A stretch of 64,000 nt of DNA from the human T2T-CHM13v2.0 reference genome, Homo sapiens: assembly GCF_009914755.1 (NCBI RefSeq), contig NC_060925.1, one strand, 5' to 3'. Below the pieces are notes generated by a model, which was given only the letters and a program-made list of their open reading frames with translations, did not search any database and was not told the DNA's origin. A program made the position numbers and the translations under genes. Positions 45,250-59,465 of this stretch are shown here, piece by piece. How positions within the stretch are numbered: position 1 is the first letter of the stretch; each line of letters begins with the position of its first letter.

Positions 45250-46330
45250 AAAACATCAGTGAATGTGAGTGTGATGCAATTGTCATTAATGATGAAACCA
45301 TATGGCAAGGACTAAGTGGTTTAGAAATTACACATGTGTGACATTTTGTTCACACCTCCATTGGTGTGTCCAGTTTTCATCAGCAATGTTACAGAATTAC
45401 TGATCATAAACGGAATGATATTAAACTACTTCTATCATTTTCTCACCAAAGTCATTCTCCATAACACACAAGAGGTTTTGGAACAGCCTTATATTGTACT
45501 AACACAAGATGTGTTTTTAAATATCAGAAAAGCAGCTAATACATGGTAATGGAAGAAATAACAACAGAAACTTTAATACCATACAATGCGGTAAACAATA
45601 TCAATAAAGCAGGATGTGCCAGCACACAATGAAATAATGTATTTGTTGGAAACTGCTGCGGAAGCACCCAAACTTGTACGCCTTCAGAAAGCAAGTATTT
45701 CTTACCTGACACCTGCTGAAAAATTTTTCTCATTATTCTCTTCTAATAAAGAATCTGAAATTACTGGATATGCAGTGAACGCTGAGATGAAGGTAAAAAT
45801 TTCCGTATAACTTCTTTTCTTTTGTAAATCTTGAAAGCCAATCATATTGTTGCAGTCTCGTTTCTAAATCCAAAGCTTAAGGAAAATTTTTATCAACTTG
45901 AAGGCATAGGAAAAATTAAAACCAAAAAATTAAAAATTTAAAAATATAAGTGAGTACATTAGCCTTCAGTTTACTTTTGAAAACAGTGAGACATTATCTT
46001 CAAGCAATATCCAAATCTTCCATTTCTTTCAATGGAATTACATCATCACCATAAACCAAATTTTCAAGTCCATGAATTGAAGTAAAGTTATATCTTTATA
46101 ATAGCCCACTACTGCTAAAAAGAAGAAAAACACACCCATAATTTGTGCCAACATTCTTATCAGAGAATTCCATACTGATAGAGTGATACTTTACTTCTCC
46201 TCTGACCCTGATTCAAGGTGTCTATTGCAAAATTGCAATATGGTACTCATAGCATCACTGACAGAACTGAGAGTAGTCAACAGCACTGGGAAATTAGTAT
46301 ACCATTTCAGATATTTAACATTTAATCACC
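45250..46330 (+). mobile_element. Decayed hAT-Ac/ZBED-type transposase coding fragment
   Basis: Ordered motifs ITHV*HFVHT (CxxH region, about 45327), IKQDVPAH (45604-45627), AVSFLNPKLK (LDPRFK-like, 45852-45881), and RVVNSTGKLV (ERxFS-like, about 46270-46299). Confidence 0.6.
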
Positions 46331-46439
46331 ACACATTTTAATCATTAAATTGTGATTTACAAAAGTTCAGATGTTATTCTTGTATAACAGAATTGATTCT
46401 ATTATGACAGCATTTATGTTTGGTCTCAATTTGACTGAA

Positions 46440-47430
46440 ATTTGATTTCAAAACCCCGTCAAAGTGTACATTTGGTGTACCTTCAGAATATAACCTAGAA
46501 AAACTCCTGGACAGTGTACATCTAGAGACATGTTTCAAATTGCTCATAACAGCATTGTTCATAATTCTAAAAACCGTTAACACAAAGGCCAATCAACATG
46601 AAATAAAATAAATACATTATTGCATATTTCATATAAAATCATATACTACTTACAGGTGAAAATAAACTGTAGATATACCCATCAACAAGGATACATCTTA
46701 TAAACATATTTAATAATTTTAGGGAATTTAAGGAATCATAGTGCCAAGGAATATATGTGGTATAATTTTATCCATGTAAATTCAAAACCAGACCAAATTA
46801 AACAAATATAGTCTGAAGATATATATGTAGTTGGTAACTATTTCCAAAAAGAGGAAGGAAAGAATAATATACAATCAGGATCCTGGATACCTCGGCAGGG
46901 GAGGCAGTGGAATGGTATAGTTGAGGAGCAGATAAGAAGTTGCAATTTATTGGTAATGGCCTAGTTCTTTGGTTGGGTGATAAATTCATTAGTTCATCAT
47001 GTTATTATGAAATGAAATGAAATGAAATGAAAATAAAGGGCTATGCATAAGCCAATTATGGTTGAGTGCCATGAACCAGGAATTATGATTAATATAATTC
47101 TGTACATGTAAAACCAATGAGGAAAAAGCAAACAAAACAAGGGAATTATTATCCCCCAAAAAATCAGGGTAGTGCTTCCTGATCATGGCTACCACTAACA
47201 GGTGAGAGAAGGGGTGGTGATTGAAAGCTTCTAAGGTACTGGCAATACTCCAGCTTCCAGTCTAGGTGGCCTTTATACAAGGGTGCATGTTGTAATTATT
47301 GGTTAAACTGTGCTTATATATTTCAGATATTTTTCTGTATGTATAAGGGTCCATACTTTTTGAATGGTAAAACATACACACACAAACATGCATACAGACA
47401 CAAGGATACATATGTATTACATATTCAGTT
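46440..47430 (+). mobile_element. L1ME-like 3' fragments
   Basis: ctcataacagcattgttcataat..ttcaaaaccagaccaaattaaac..aggtactggcaatactc; includes (ATGAA)5 at 47007-47032. Confidence 0.65.
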
Positions 47431-47788
47431 GTATAAATTAAACACGTGGTAGTAAGTTTTGGTGGCAGTGGACGTGGTGGTAGTCAATGGGATGGGGGTC
47501 AGGAATCAGCGAATCTGTTCTATTCAATAAGCTTGTCATGTTGTCAGTTCTGCTTCCACTCCATCTCTATAACTGATGGTGACATGAAGAAAACACGACA
47601 CTTGATGCTAAGGCTTAGAACATCTCCACTGGACTCACATAACCCAGGTAACCATTTTTATTATAAAACATAGTTGATATTACACATACTTGCAGTGATT
47701 TGCCTTCACTAAACTAAAACAACAAAATCTCCACAGGCATCAGATAGATTTCCACATAACCCCTTTACCCTATTATTTACCATTGTTA

Positions 47789-47849
47789 TTAGGTTTGTGC
47801 AAAAGTAATTGCGGCTTTTGCCATTTTAATGGCAAAAAATCTAACCTAA
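47789..47849. mobile_element. MADE1 (Hsmar1 MITE), internally deleted
   Basis: ttaggtttgtgcaaaagtaattgcgg..ttttgccattttaatggcaaaa..aacctaa flanked by TA. Confidence 0.8.
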
Positions 47850-47899
47850 TATTTTCCTTAACCAGTTCTGTTTCCATTGAATTTCATAAAAATATATTT

Positions 47900-48430
47900 A
47901 TAATTTATTAGCCACAATTTTGAAAAGGAAAAGAAGACCACTCACAAGTCCTCCAAATTAACGTAGCTATATTCATCTCTGCAAATTTTCTTCCCACATA
48001 GGTTATTTTCAACAGATGCAGTCATAAGGTCATAGCATTTTAATTCCACTGCTTTCTTTTGACATCATAGTGTAAATGTTTTTTCTTATTTTTTATGGTC
48101 TTCATAATTATAATGTTAGTGGCTGAAAAATATTTCATAGACTTAATTTCTGTAATTTACTAAACAATTTCACAACTGTTTCCTGCATGTGTTGTTTCTC
48201 AGAGAACTTTTTGCAGTTGTTATGAAAAGCTGTGACAATGAATATTGTCTTGCATATAGATTTTTTGCTATTGGGGAATTATTTGCTTAGGATATATTCT
48301 CAGGGTGAGATTCCCGGGTGAAGGACTTCACCCACCCTCCAGTTCTTGCTTTGTGTTGCCATAATGCTTTTGAGAAGATCATACTAGTTCACTGTTGTCA
48401 CCGGCAATGTACATCATGTTTCAATAGAAC
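47900..48430 (-). mobile_element. L1ME fragment
   Basis: gctgtgacaatgaatattgtcttgcata..ttaggatatattctcagggtgagatt. Confidence 0.5.
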
Positions 48431-50379
48431 CAGCTGGCATTTGTAAGATTAATCATTTCTGCTGACCTAAATTATTTTTCCCAAGATAGAAATTCTTGAC
48501 TCTGTTTTTCTCTCTTTTTGAAAAGTTAAAAACATCTTGAATCTGGCTTGTCCGAAGTTCCCAAGTTTCTTGAGCAATTAGATTGATTGACAGCACAACA
48601 GTTTGGATTTGGCACAACTGAGACCCTGCAGGCCTCCATCTCCACCAGGCACTGGTTCTTCTGTGGCAGGAGCTCATACTGGCTGTAGAGAGGCATTTGC
48701 TATGAGGAATCCATGTTGAGCGGGATTCCTACCTTGCCTAAGTGCATCTCAATCATTTCTTAAAAATATTTTTTAAGATCTTCATTCCCAAGTGGGCTTT
48801 CTTCAGCAGATAGCATGCTGATTTTTTCTATCAAAATCTTGGACCTTTGCCTTCTCTCTACACCACGTTTAGCACGACCTGTTGAAAAACATTTCTTTTC
48901 AAAGGAATCCTACTTGCCTACCAGTCTTTCAACATGGGCAGGGCTGTTTGAAGTTAGCACCCTAGCAATCATTGTTTCCTGCCCTTCTCATTTTGAAGCA
49001 AAAGAGCTCTGGAGATCAGGGTAATGGTGCATTGATTAAGCCTAGGCTTTGGCTTCATTCCATAGGCAGCCTTCTGCACCAGTATTCCGGTGGCATTGCC
49101 CGTGGCTCCCTGTGTCTCCTCAGAACACCCCAACACACACATGCTAGTGAAAGCTCAGAGAAGGCCACAAAACTGATACCAGAAATTTGGAGGCAATTTT
49201 ACCCTGTTTTCTAAGGTTAATTCCTAAATATGTATCTTCTTATATTTTCTATTTTATTCTTCCAATTACCTTTTGCATTTTCTCCCCTTCTAGGGTGTAC
49301 AGTTAAACTCTGCAACTTGCTCAGAGCCCCTAAAGAAACAGAACCCTTAATAGACTCTTTCTAGTGCTCAAGACACATGGCATTGAAAATACTTTGTGCT
49401 GCAGCCATAGAAAGGGACACCAACAAATATTGCTGTTTAACATTTTTAAATGAATGCTTCATTTTAAACAATATTAAAATCTCAAGAGAAGATGGCTTAT
49501 TTCTTCTCACCTCATATGTTGGATCAAACATTTGTGAGAATGTGCTGCAATAGAATGATGTTGACACTTACAATTCAGGAAACCATATTCTTACAAAAAT
49601 CATCTGCCCTGAATTATTTTCTATCTTTTTTTGCTTTTCTGCTAAATATTTGGGAAAGGAATAGTCATTCCTTATGCTATATAACAGAAGACATACTAGG
49701 TTAAAAAATGTACACACAAAGGCATTGCTGTTTTAACTGTTTTTAATCAACAGCTGTGGCCTTCCATAGAATGGTTTCAGTTTTGATGGCATTACATAAT
49801 TTGAGAACATTCACAAAATGAAAATGGGCATTGTAATGTTCCCTTTGATACACCATGACCCTCTAATATGCTTTTGTGTCTATTTAAAGCTCAAATTAAT
49901 TTTTATAGGCCATAGCATTTACCAGTTAGTATATGTCATCACCATATTGGAGACTGGGTTTCCAGCCAATAGATTTTTCTTTTAGACCTAGCTGTAAAGT
50001 TGGTATCCAATTTTAGAACATTAGTATACCTAATTGTGAAACCCTATAAGTGATAATGGATAACTCTCTGACAACTCTTTAATTCTCTATTAAGGAAAAT
50101 AAAACTTTCAGCTTATGTTTCTATGCAGAACAGAAATGACTGCTAACTAAACAAGGAATATAGACCTAGTTCACAGGGCTCAATAGCCTACAAAAGTAGG
50201 GAAAAATCATTGTCAGACTGGATGAGGAAGTTCAAAGTAATGAGGAGGACATGAGCAGGAATACTCGGGACAAAAGCAGGCCTGAGGCATCAGAGGGAGC
50301 CTGTGTGTGACAAGGAGTTCATAAATATCTGTGGGGGTAAAACTGTTTTTCACAGTTTTTTTCCATAATGCTTGATTTT

Positions 50380-51775
50380 AAAAATATCTTCCTGCATCCT
50401 CTTCCCATCAAAGCAAATGAGTTCTGGTTCATGGAACATATGCATTTCTGAATTCCAAGAAAAACAAAAAATTCTAAATGCTTCTAAAGAGGTAAAAACC
50501 GACTCTCAACAAATTGCTATTAGAAATATTATATGAAACATTAAATTCTGGAAAACAATAGAGCAATGTCTTTAAAGTATATTTATTTTAAACATAGACG
50601 TGTTTGCCAAGCCAGCAAAAGAAGGAAAGATGGGATAGTTTTAGACACGCAAAGATTTTTAAAGTGTATCACTGAAGAACTACTTCTGCCAGAATACACT
50701 TCCACCAAATAAAAATAAATCCAAGCAGAAGGAACGCATGGGACAACAGAAAAAATGTTAACCAAAGGACCAATAAAGCTAAAAGCTGTCTATATCTATG
50801 TCACCTAAAGTGCAAAGGCTTCTGTTTCTGGCCATGACAGAGTATCAGGGACTGGAATAACAACTGGAAAAACATGCAAAATAGATGAAACATTAGTTTT
50901 CAGCCATGGAAAACTGACAGTACAGGATAGTGCTGCCTGAAAGTTCAAAAAAAAAAAAAAAAAGAAAAGAAAAAGATGGGTTCTATAATTTTCCCAGTTT
51001 ACTTCTTGGGGTGACTTTCCAGGCCTCAGTGCAGGGACACAGAAGCCAAATATCTCAGCAGTTTTGCTAAGTTCAGGAGATATATTTCATAATATAGCGA
51101 TGTTAAATGGCAAGAATTTGTGGGGCAAAATACTAGAGATGAGAGAGTTGCACAAAAACACAGCTGTAGAGATCTGCAGAGAGGTTCCTCAAATCTCATT
51201 CTGAGTGCTAATGTGCACATGCATGATAAGAAATTTTTCAAATCTGGAGAAGAAGCACTGGAAAGGAATAGATGGAATAATCGCAAGAGATCACATAGGA
51301 TCGGGAATGTTCCAGCCAGCCAAAGTGGAAAAACCTCTAATCCATAGGGCAGTGGCTGGAGTCCTCAGAAGGGTGTTACATTCCTAGTGGAGCCATATCG
51401 GTGCCTTTTAAAGACTGCTCTAGAGCCCCCTTCACAAAGCATAAAAGTAAGCCTTGAAAGAATCAGACTTATTCCAAGTAATTTAACTACATCCCAAAAC
51501 AAAACCCCACAATATTTAAAGAAATACAGCAAAATCCAGCACCTTTTACAAATTTCAAAATGGCTAGCTCTATTAAAAAATTAGGGGTCACACAAAGAAT
51601 CCAGGAAATATAATCCTTGAGCAAGAGAAACACCAGTTAGAGAAATGACATCACTAAAAGTAATAAAGTAAGAAAATCCAAATTCTACCCCTCCATCAAA
51701 ACAAAAACAAAAAAATTGTAAAAACTTTTTGAATCAACTTCTGGAAATTAACCAAAGGCTTGCAGCAATCTGGTG
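50380..51775 (+). mobile_element. Old L1M 5'/ORF1-region fragments
   Basis: aaaaattctaaatgcttc..gagcaatgtctttaaa; cttctgtttctggccatgacagagt; cttttgaatcaacttctggaaattaacc. Confidence 0.45.
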
Positions 51776-52399
51776 CTGAGGTCAAGACTTCTCCTCCGGA
51801 CTCCACTTCTGGGCAATCCTGAAACTGGCTGAGTTAGCCACAGCTTTCTGCTTCCCTGATGATTCAGTGCTTAGTTGTAATTAAAAGTGCACCTACCTTC
51901 TCTTAGCACCATCAGGAAGAGGGGTGAGATTTTTAAACACCTCTGTTCTTTAGCAAGACATCTCAGCATAGTACTAGGTGCTAACGTAGCTCTTGGTGTG
52001 TAATTACCTGTCACCTGGAGGAGCTATTAGTTTCCTTCTCCTTCCTCAAAGGACAAATGTGAAACACAAAAGCATCCATCAAGATGAAGGATTAAAAATA
52101 TTTTAAGTGGTGTCATTATTTACATAATACATGGCCCTTAACCAGATTGACAGATCAAAAGTGGGGCCCAATGAGTTGACAGCTTGAAATCTCAAAGCTT
52201 TATCCACCAAAGAGTGGCAGCAGGATTTAGTGGACAGTAGGACAAGCAATAACTGAGAGTAACTCTTCAAAGTGTTTTAGTCTGTACATAATGTAAATGT
52301 GTCCACACAGAAATAGCCTTCAGGAAAGGAGTGTTATACTGGTTGTATAGACCAATGAATACAAAGCAATGAAGGGAAGGAAAAAGAATGTTGGGTGTG

Positions 52400-52590
52400 A
52401 GGTGCTTTTTGCAATGACCATGTCTATCTTTCACAACACCCTGCAAGATAGGTAACCCGACTTCCATTTTGCATATGACAAAACTGAGGCCCTGAGAAAG
52501 AGTGCAGACATTCACAAGGACACACAGCAGATGTCAGACCCGAGATTCAAACCATGTTTCTCTTTCCACAACTTCTGCTCTCTCTTATAT
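52400..52590 (-). mobile_element. MIR
   Basis: tcacaacaccctgcaagatagg..ccattttgcatatgacaaaactgaggcc. Confidence 0.75.
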
Positions 52591-53459
52591 CAAGGAATTA
52601 TTCCATGAATATAAGACTTTCCCCACTACTGTCCAAATATTTCAGCAAAACAAGATTTCCACACACGCCCCACTTAGAAGACATTTGTCTCAGTAAAAAG
52701 GCAGTCACTTAGATTCTAAATCTCTCTCTCTCTCTCTCGTGCCTCACTGTAGAGAGGAATACTAGCCAACAACATATGAGGACAGATAAAGAGAGTGATT
52801 AGAAGAAAGGGTGTGAAAATAAGCTGTACGAAGGCATGAAAGTCAGGTTCTCTACTTATAATTGGCTTCAATTGAGAGTTAACTGCATGAAAGAGAGTCT
52901 AGACCAACCCTTTTATGTGTAATTATCAGAAAAGTGATTTTGAAATGACATCTTCTTACTCTGTATAACTGCTCCAGCCTGAGACCCTGTGCTGCTTGTT
53001 TTCATATTTTAATAACATTCCACCATAGTTCAGACTATATAGCCTTTACAGCTATGAATACCCACTGGATTTCATCCTTTTTTTTTTACAGATTCCAAAC
53101 AATTAGCTAATTTCTACTAATGACAGAATACTGGAGGAGGTAGCTGATTTTGTCAAAGGTGGCAGTCAGTAAAAATTTTTAATGGTCTTACCACTCACCA
53201 CAACCACTTGACTTCTATTTTTCTTACTTATTTATTCTCATGACTTTTCTTTTGTTCCCCTCTTCCTTGTTTTCTGCTCACATTGTCTTTTTTAATCTCT
53301 CCCTCTAGCTAATAGAGTTTTTTTTCTTTCCTGATTAAACTATCCAAAGTTTCATATGGGTTTTCTTCTTCCCAAGAGCCTATTGCTAGATTCTGCCCAT
53401 ACATTCTTTACCTTTGGAATAAGTTAATATTTCTAGATGATATGAATAAACTATTCCTA

Positions 53460-54150
53460 GAGTAATGGCCTCAACTCCCTGGTTCAAGCCATTATCATCT
53501 TTCTCAAGAACTTTAATGAACTCTTCAGTGGCATTCCTAGTTACACTCTTTCCCCCCTGCAACCCCATTCTCACATTTTCATGCAGCAGCTAGAGTTTTT
53601 CCTTTTTTCTTTTTTTAATACAAATCCATTCTTATTATTCCCCTCTTTAAAACCCTCCAATGGCTTTGATCACACACAGAAAAAAGCTGTGTAGGAACAG
53701 CTAGTCCTTTGCCTCCCTCTCCATCCCCATCTTATACTTCTCTTCTCTGTTTACTCTAGCTAGAAGGCCTCTCTCTGCTCCCACAGCCCAGCAGCCTGGT
53801 TCCCTCTTTAAGCCTTTGCATAAGCTGGTTTCATTCTCTCTGTCAGGAATGCTGTTCCTGAGATATTTCCATGGCCAGTTCATTTTGTCATTCAATTCAC
53901 TGTTTAATGTCACTTTCTGAAGGGGTCCCCCCTGCCCATCCAAACAAGAGTGTCTCTGAAGCTCTATCATATCAACCTGTTGTTTTCATCATATTTTCTT
54001 GTTCATTTATTTATTTTCTGTTCTCTCTACACACAGAATCACTGCCTCCACGAAATCTGGAATTTGTCTTTTGTTCCCAAATTTCCATGCTCAGAATGGC
54101 ACCTGGAACATAAAGGGTGCTTAATACACGTGGAATAGATTAATACACAT
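53460..54150 (+). mobile_element. L2 3' fragment
   Basis: ttcaagccattatcatct..ttaaaaccctccaatggct..gcacctggaacataaagggtgcttaata. Confidence 0.75.
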
Positions 54151-56469
54151 TTATTTAACTATTTTTTACTATTTTAACAAGAAAAATATAGGCTATAAAA
54201 TAGTGCATCTCCATTTTTGCAAGTGTATTTGTGTTACATGCCTCTGTGTGTGTGTGTGTGTGGCATATGTGAATGTACAAAGTAAATATTAAGGTAGCAA
54301 AAAGAGTAACAGTGGTTATTTCTTGATGATTATGAACAATTTTTTATCTTTTTATTCTGTTGTGTAATGTCTATCATTTCTACATGTTCTTCAGTTACCA
54401 TGAATTTGCATGGGTTCACCAGGCCAGACTTACTCCTCAGTATTTCTGATGAGTCTGCCCAACAGTGTAGAGTGAGGACCAGCCCACCTCCCTATTGCCC
54501 CCATAACACCTCCTGTACTGGAAGGTTATGGCACCTAGAATTTCAACTGTGAAATTGCTCCCCTCAGTCTATGGTTTGTGTGAGAGCATAGATGACACAG
54601 TCACGCACAATGACAGCCATGAAGTCGAGCAGAAATCTAGCTGACAGTGAAATGCCTACCCCAGGAAACATCCCCATGGCACTGTCAAACACAAATGGAA
54701 GCAAGGCATATACAAATCACACAAACCTGCAGCTCCTAGCAGAGGGCTTGAGACATGCAGGCACTCAATAAATCATTATTGAGTAGAATGGAATATTACG
54801 AGGTTTATTGTTCACAATAAAATAAGAGGCACAACACACAGCTTGATGTCCCTATCCCAGAACAGCCCTGAGGTCTGTGACCTTGGCAAAATGACCTCGG
54901 CAAAATGACCTCATCAACCCGTAAACTTTGAGGTTTGGAGAGGATGGGCATTGTGGAATGGAAGTAAAAGTAGTCATGGTCCTGGTGTCTTTTCGCTGTC
55001 GTTTCCAAGATATCTTCCTCTCACTTCACAATGAAGAGCTGGCAAAACTGCTCATCTGGAAAGGGGAATTACATGTTTTTGAGTTTCGCCTTCCTTAACA
55101 GTTCTTTAGGGGTACGTGACATTAACCTGCAACCACTGCCATTTTTCTTTGCACAGGAATGACAGCCAGATCAGCTTTGGCTATGTGGTTATATGGTTAT
55201 GCAAAATCAATTGTTTAGTACCATAATTATCAGCTATACTGAAGAAATTGAATTTAGCCATGAGAGTCAGCAAGCCTGATGCATATGATACATTGGGGAG
55301 AAAAGCATGAGTTGTTAACTGCTCAGTGAACATACTTGGGCCTCTGCAATTTTCATTATGACGAATTGTTGACCCAGGAGAGATTTTCTGGCTTGTCCTC
55401 TACCATATCGTTCTGCTAGAGCAATTCCATTGCAGGCAACGGTGGCTGTTACTGAAAGTTGAAGGGAGAAAATGAAGCTAAGCATTACCAGGCTGAGGCA
55501 TAGCCTGTTTTCAGATCAATAATCAGCACTTGTGCAAGTGACATTGGAATATATAGAATGAGTCTCTCTGGTTCATTTTTATTAAGGTGAAGTGAGTTTT
55601 ATTGCAGCTGTTATGATCAGTTGAAGGCAAATAAGGAGAGAGAAACCTACTCAGAGGAGAGGAGGGGCTCCTCTCAAGGGCAGCTAGAAATCCATCACAG
55701 AGGCCTAATCACTCCCAACACACTGTGATCCTGGTGGTTCTTTCACAAAAAGGGTTTCCATCTGGACACGAGCAAAGGAAATGGTGCATGTTTCCTGCAA
55801 GCTAACCAACTGCAGAAAGTTCCCTGTAAACGTATCCATCCACAATCTTACTTAAAACTGTTGTGTGAGATAACAAAAGGAACATTCTTATGGCTGAAGT
55901 TGGAATCATAATAACATGTTTTCTACTCAAGTTCTGCATGATTATGCACAACCCCACCCTATGGGGGAAAGAGGGTGGATCTGTAAACAAAACAAGCCAG
56001 ATTCACAAAGTGAAATCAGAAAGCAGATGGGAAATGTATGATTGCTCCACAAACATGACAATGAGCTACCCATAAGGCATGTGACTCAAATTCTGTCTCC
56101 TTCAACATTTGTGCCAGCTCAGCTTTAACTTGTTTGTGGAGGGAGTAAGTGATCGTGACAGCAACAGCTTAGCACAGTAAAGCCTCATTAAGTCCATCGT
56201 CACTTATTTGAAATTTCCTGGGTCTGAGAGTGCTTTGTTTTTGACAGTCTCTTCCCACCCCGGAAGGCCTCCCTTTCTGGCACTGCCTCCCTCTCTCCTG
56301 CCTCAACTGTTGGCCCCACTCCTTTCTTGGACCTCAATATGGCTCTTGTCGGCCCCTGGATCAGAGCTTCTTTCCCACGCCCCTGTCCCCAGGTGGCACT
56401 TTGTTCTTGCTCCACGCTCAGGTTTCCCTCCAGGTCCTACCCTGCCACTCAAAAGCCATGCAGCCATGG

Positions 56470-56600
56470 AGTGACTTAAACTCTCAGTGCTTGAGTAAAG
56501 CAGGAATAATAATAGTATGGTCCTCATCAGGCTTTGTGAAAATTAAATAAAATAATGCATATTATTTAGCACTTGGCACCATGACTTATGAATATTATTT
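56470..56600 (+). mobile_element. MIR fragment
   Basis: gtgacttaaactctcagtg..ttgtgaaaattaaataaaataatgcat..ttagcac. Confidence 0.6.
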
Positions 56601-57734
56601 TTTAATAAACATTATTGTTGCTATCTTTTTTTATTATAACGTAAAAATTTCTTTTAGGAAACCAATTTCCTCTGCTTAGGAAGTCATTTCCTCTGTGGCT
56701 CAGGTGCAGCAGATAAACAACACCTAGATATCCCCTCCTTTTCCAGGGCACACGACTGACATAAACCAGGTCAAACCAGAGCACCTGTCTCTCTGGCTAC
56801 AGTGATTGGTTCAAGGTTTGGTGCGTCACCCCAAATTACGTGGGACTATTGGGAAAGAGAAGGCTTCTTTCCACTGGGTTTTCTGAGTGGTAAGATGTAA
56901 GCTTGGTACTGTTGTTGCCACCAGAAAAAGACATCCTTTCTGGAAATGAAGCCAACACAGCCGAAATCATTGAGAAAGAGAGAGACTTCATGGGAAGGAG
57001 ACAAGATGACAGAGTTTGAACATCTGAATGCAGTTGTGCCTGAAAATAATAACTTCAAGTGATTGGCAGTAGAGTCCCGATTAAACAAGCTTCTCTTCTG
57101 CTTGTTCCTCTGGGATTTTGAGGTACTAATGAACACAAACCTACCCTGCCACACAACAGTGCCCACCACTATTAATTATGCAAAAGAGGGGCTCAGTATC
57201 TTTTGACCTAACTTGTTTTAAAATCACCCAAGCTCCAAGTGACCCAGTACCTGAAGCCACATGTCCTCACAGGCCCAGTTCTCATCCTCCAGGCTTGCCC
57301 TACTGCTGAGTCAGCCTGTTTTTGCAGGAGAGAGAGCAGTGGCCTGAAGGTCACATGTCCCATTCCTAGTAAGCTGCCCCTCCACAGCCTCCACACTCAT
57401 GGAACTGCCCTGGATGGAGAGCTGCCCTGCAGAGCCCCTTGGCCTTCCTCCAGGCCTACACCATTCCAAGTGATAGAAGTAAAGAGCTGCCTAGTGACTG
57501 AACCAGAAAATTTCCACTGATTACTTTCTTTCCAGAGACAATGAGGACTGATCCCAGGAGACCTCACATCTCGAGTTTCTTCAGGCACCATTCGATAGCC
57601 AAGCCCATCATTTTATTTCATTGTCGCATCCCTCCCTGTTCTCCCAAAACTTCCAGACTGCCCTCTACCATTCATTTTGTTATAGCAATCTCCTCATGCC
57701 CTCAACCTCTTCTCTGAAACTTCTGGCTCTAAGG

Positions 57735-57914
57735 CACTGATTTCTTAGAGTATGGTCTGTGGACCAGCAGCATCAGCATCACCTGGGAATTTGTTAGAAA
57801 TGCAAATTCTTAGGCCTATCCCAGGTCTACCAAATCGTAAACTCTGGGGATGGGGCCCAGCAATGTGTTTTAACGAGTTCCCTGTAGGATTCTAATGCTC
57901 TAACGGGAACCAGG
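57735..57914 (+). mobile_element. MER5A (hAT-Charlie MITE)
   Basis: tggaccagcagcatcagcatcacctgggaatttgttagaaatgcaaattct..ctctggggatggggcccagcaat. Confidence 0.85.
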
Positions 57915-57919
57915 ATTTC

Positions 57920-59465
57920 CCCTGAAAACACTGCTTTCCTAGCAACTCTCCTAAAATTGCGGCATTTCCTCCTCTATCTTCCCTTGGCCTGTATCTTGGC
58001 AGTAGAGGTGGGTTATATCTTGCTTAGTCCACTTTGTTGGTCTCAAGCCAATTATCCTTCTTTCTCCTAGACCCTTTAAAGTGTAAGTCATCAAATTTGG
58101 TACCTCCCATCCTTCTTGGTTGCTGCTATCTATCAACAACCAGGTCCCTGCTCCTCAACCGTGGTGGCTATAGAATCTTAGCCTCTGTCTTCATATCCAC
58201 CTCTTTTCCTGCCATTATTCTGAGTGACTGTAATATCCCCCAGAAGGATCAATAGCAATTCCCTAACATATCCTCCACCCTCCTCCTCAGCATCTCCCTC
58301 CCATGCTCCTAACTTAGGCATCATTTTCACCAATAACAAACACAAACTCTCAATTACCCTACTCTCTGAATATTCCTTCCACCATCCACACCTCCTACTC
58401 TGGTCCTCTCAACCTAACTCTCCTTTGATCTTATAGGAATAGTCAATCTGCTGACCCGTTGTCTCCATTATTCATGACTTCCAAATCAACATCTCCAATC
58501 CTAACACTGTCATGAGCTACAGACATACAATTATGACTACCTGTGAGATGCCTCTATTTGGATGCCTAAAAATCTACCTCAAATTTAATGTATTCAAATA
58601 TGTTCTTGTGTTTTACCCCCCAAACTTGTTATTTTCCCAGTGTTTCCCCATCTCAGTAAATGGCACCACCCAGGAAGTTCAAACCAAAAACCCAACACTG
58701 TCATCCTTAATTTTTTTTCTTTTTTACATATATTTTATTCAGTCTTTCAGCAAGTACTGTAGACTCAGCTATCAATGCATAGTTCAACCCAACCGTCTCC
58801 AACTGCTAAAGCTTCAGTCAGCTCTTGCTTAGGCTATCACACAAGCTCCTAATTATTTTCCCGTTTCTTTTTTTTTTTGTCTCCCAAATTCCATGCTCCA
58901 CACTGCAGCTAGAGCAATGTTTAATGTATACATTAAATTACATCAGCCACCACTGCCTCTCCATTGCTAGGGTCTTAGGAGAGGCTTAGTCTGTTGCTGA
59001 CCTCATCTCCTCCTCTTTCTCTCTCACTTACTCATTCTAGCCATATAGGCTTCTTTTCTGTCCCTTGAATACATCATTTTCTATTATGTCTCAGGTCTTT
59101 ACAGATGTTCTACCCACTGCCTAGAGTCCTCTGCTTCCCAAATGTTAGTCTGACTGTCTTGCTGTATTCATTTTGATCTTCGATACTTACATCAACTCAG
59201 AGACCTTTCCTGATGCTCTAACTGAAGCAACCTCCATTTCCCCAGGCATTCCCTATTCTAAACTTCGCATTTAGTATTTTTTACAATACTTAGTGATATA
59301 AAAATGTGTTATTATAGTAACTCTTGTATCTCACCATCCACATACACCAAAATAAATGAAAGCCCCATGAGGTCAGAAATTTAGGCTTACAGTTTATGCT
59401 TTATCTCTTAGGCCCAAAATAGTGCTGAACACAAAGCAGACCCTTGATAAGCATTTGTTGAAAAT
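57920..59465 (+). mobile_element. L2 fragments
   Basis: ccccatctcagtaaatggcaccacc; ccacactgcagctagag; gccccatgaggtcag. Confidence 0.7.

Noticed and set aside
45290-45345. Minus-strand CHTCVISKP resembling a DHHC zinc motif
   Set aside because: Better explained as the antisense of the hAT transposase remnant; no DHHC tetrapeptide
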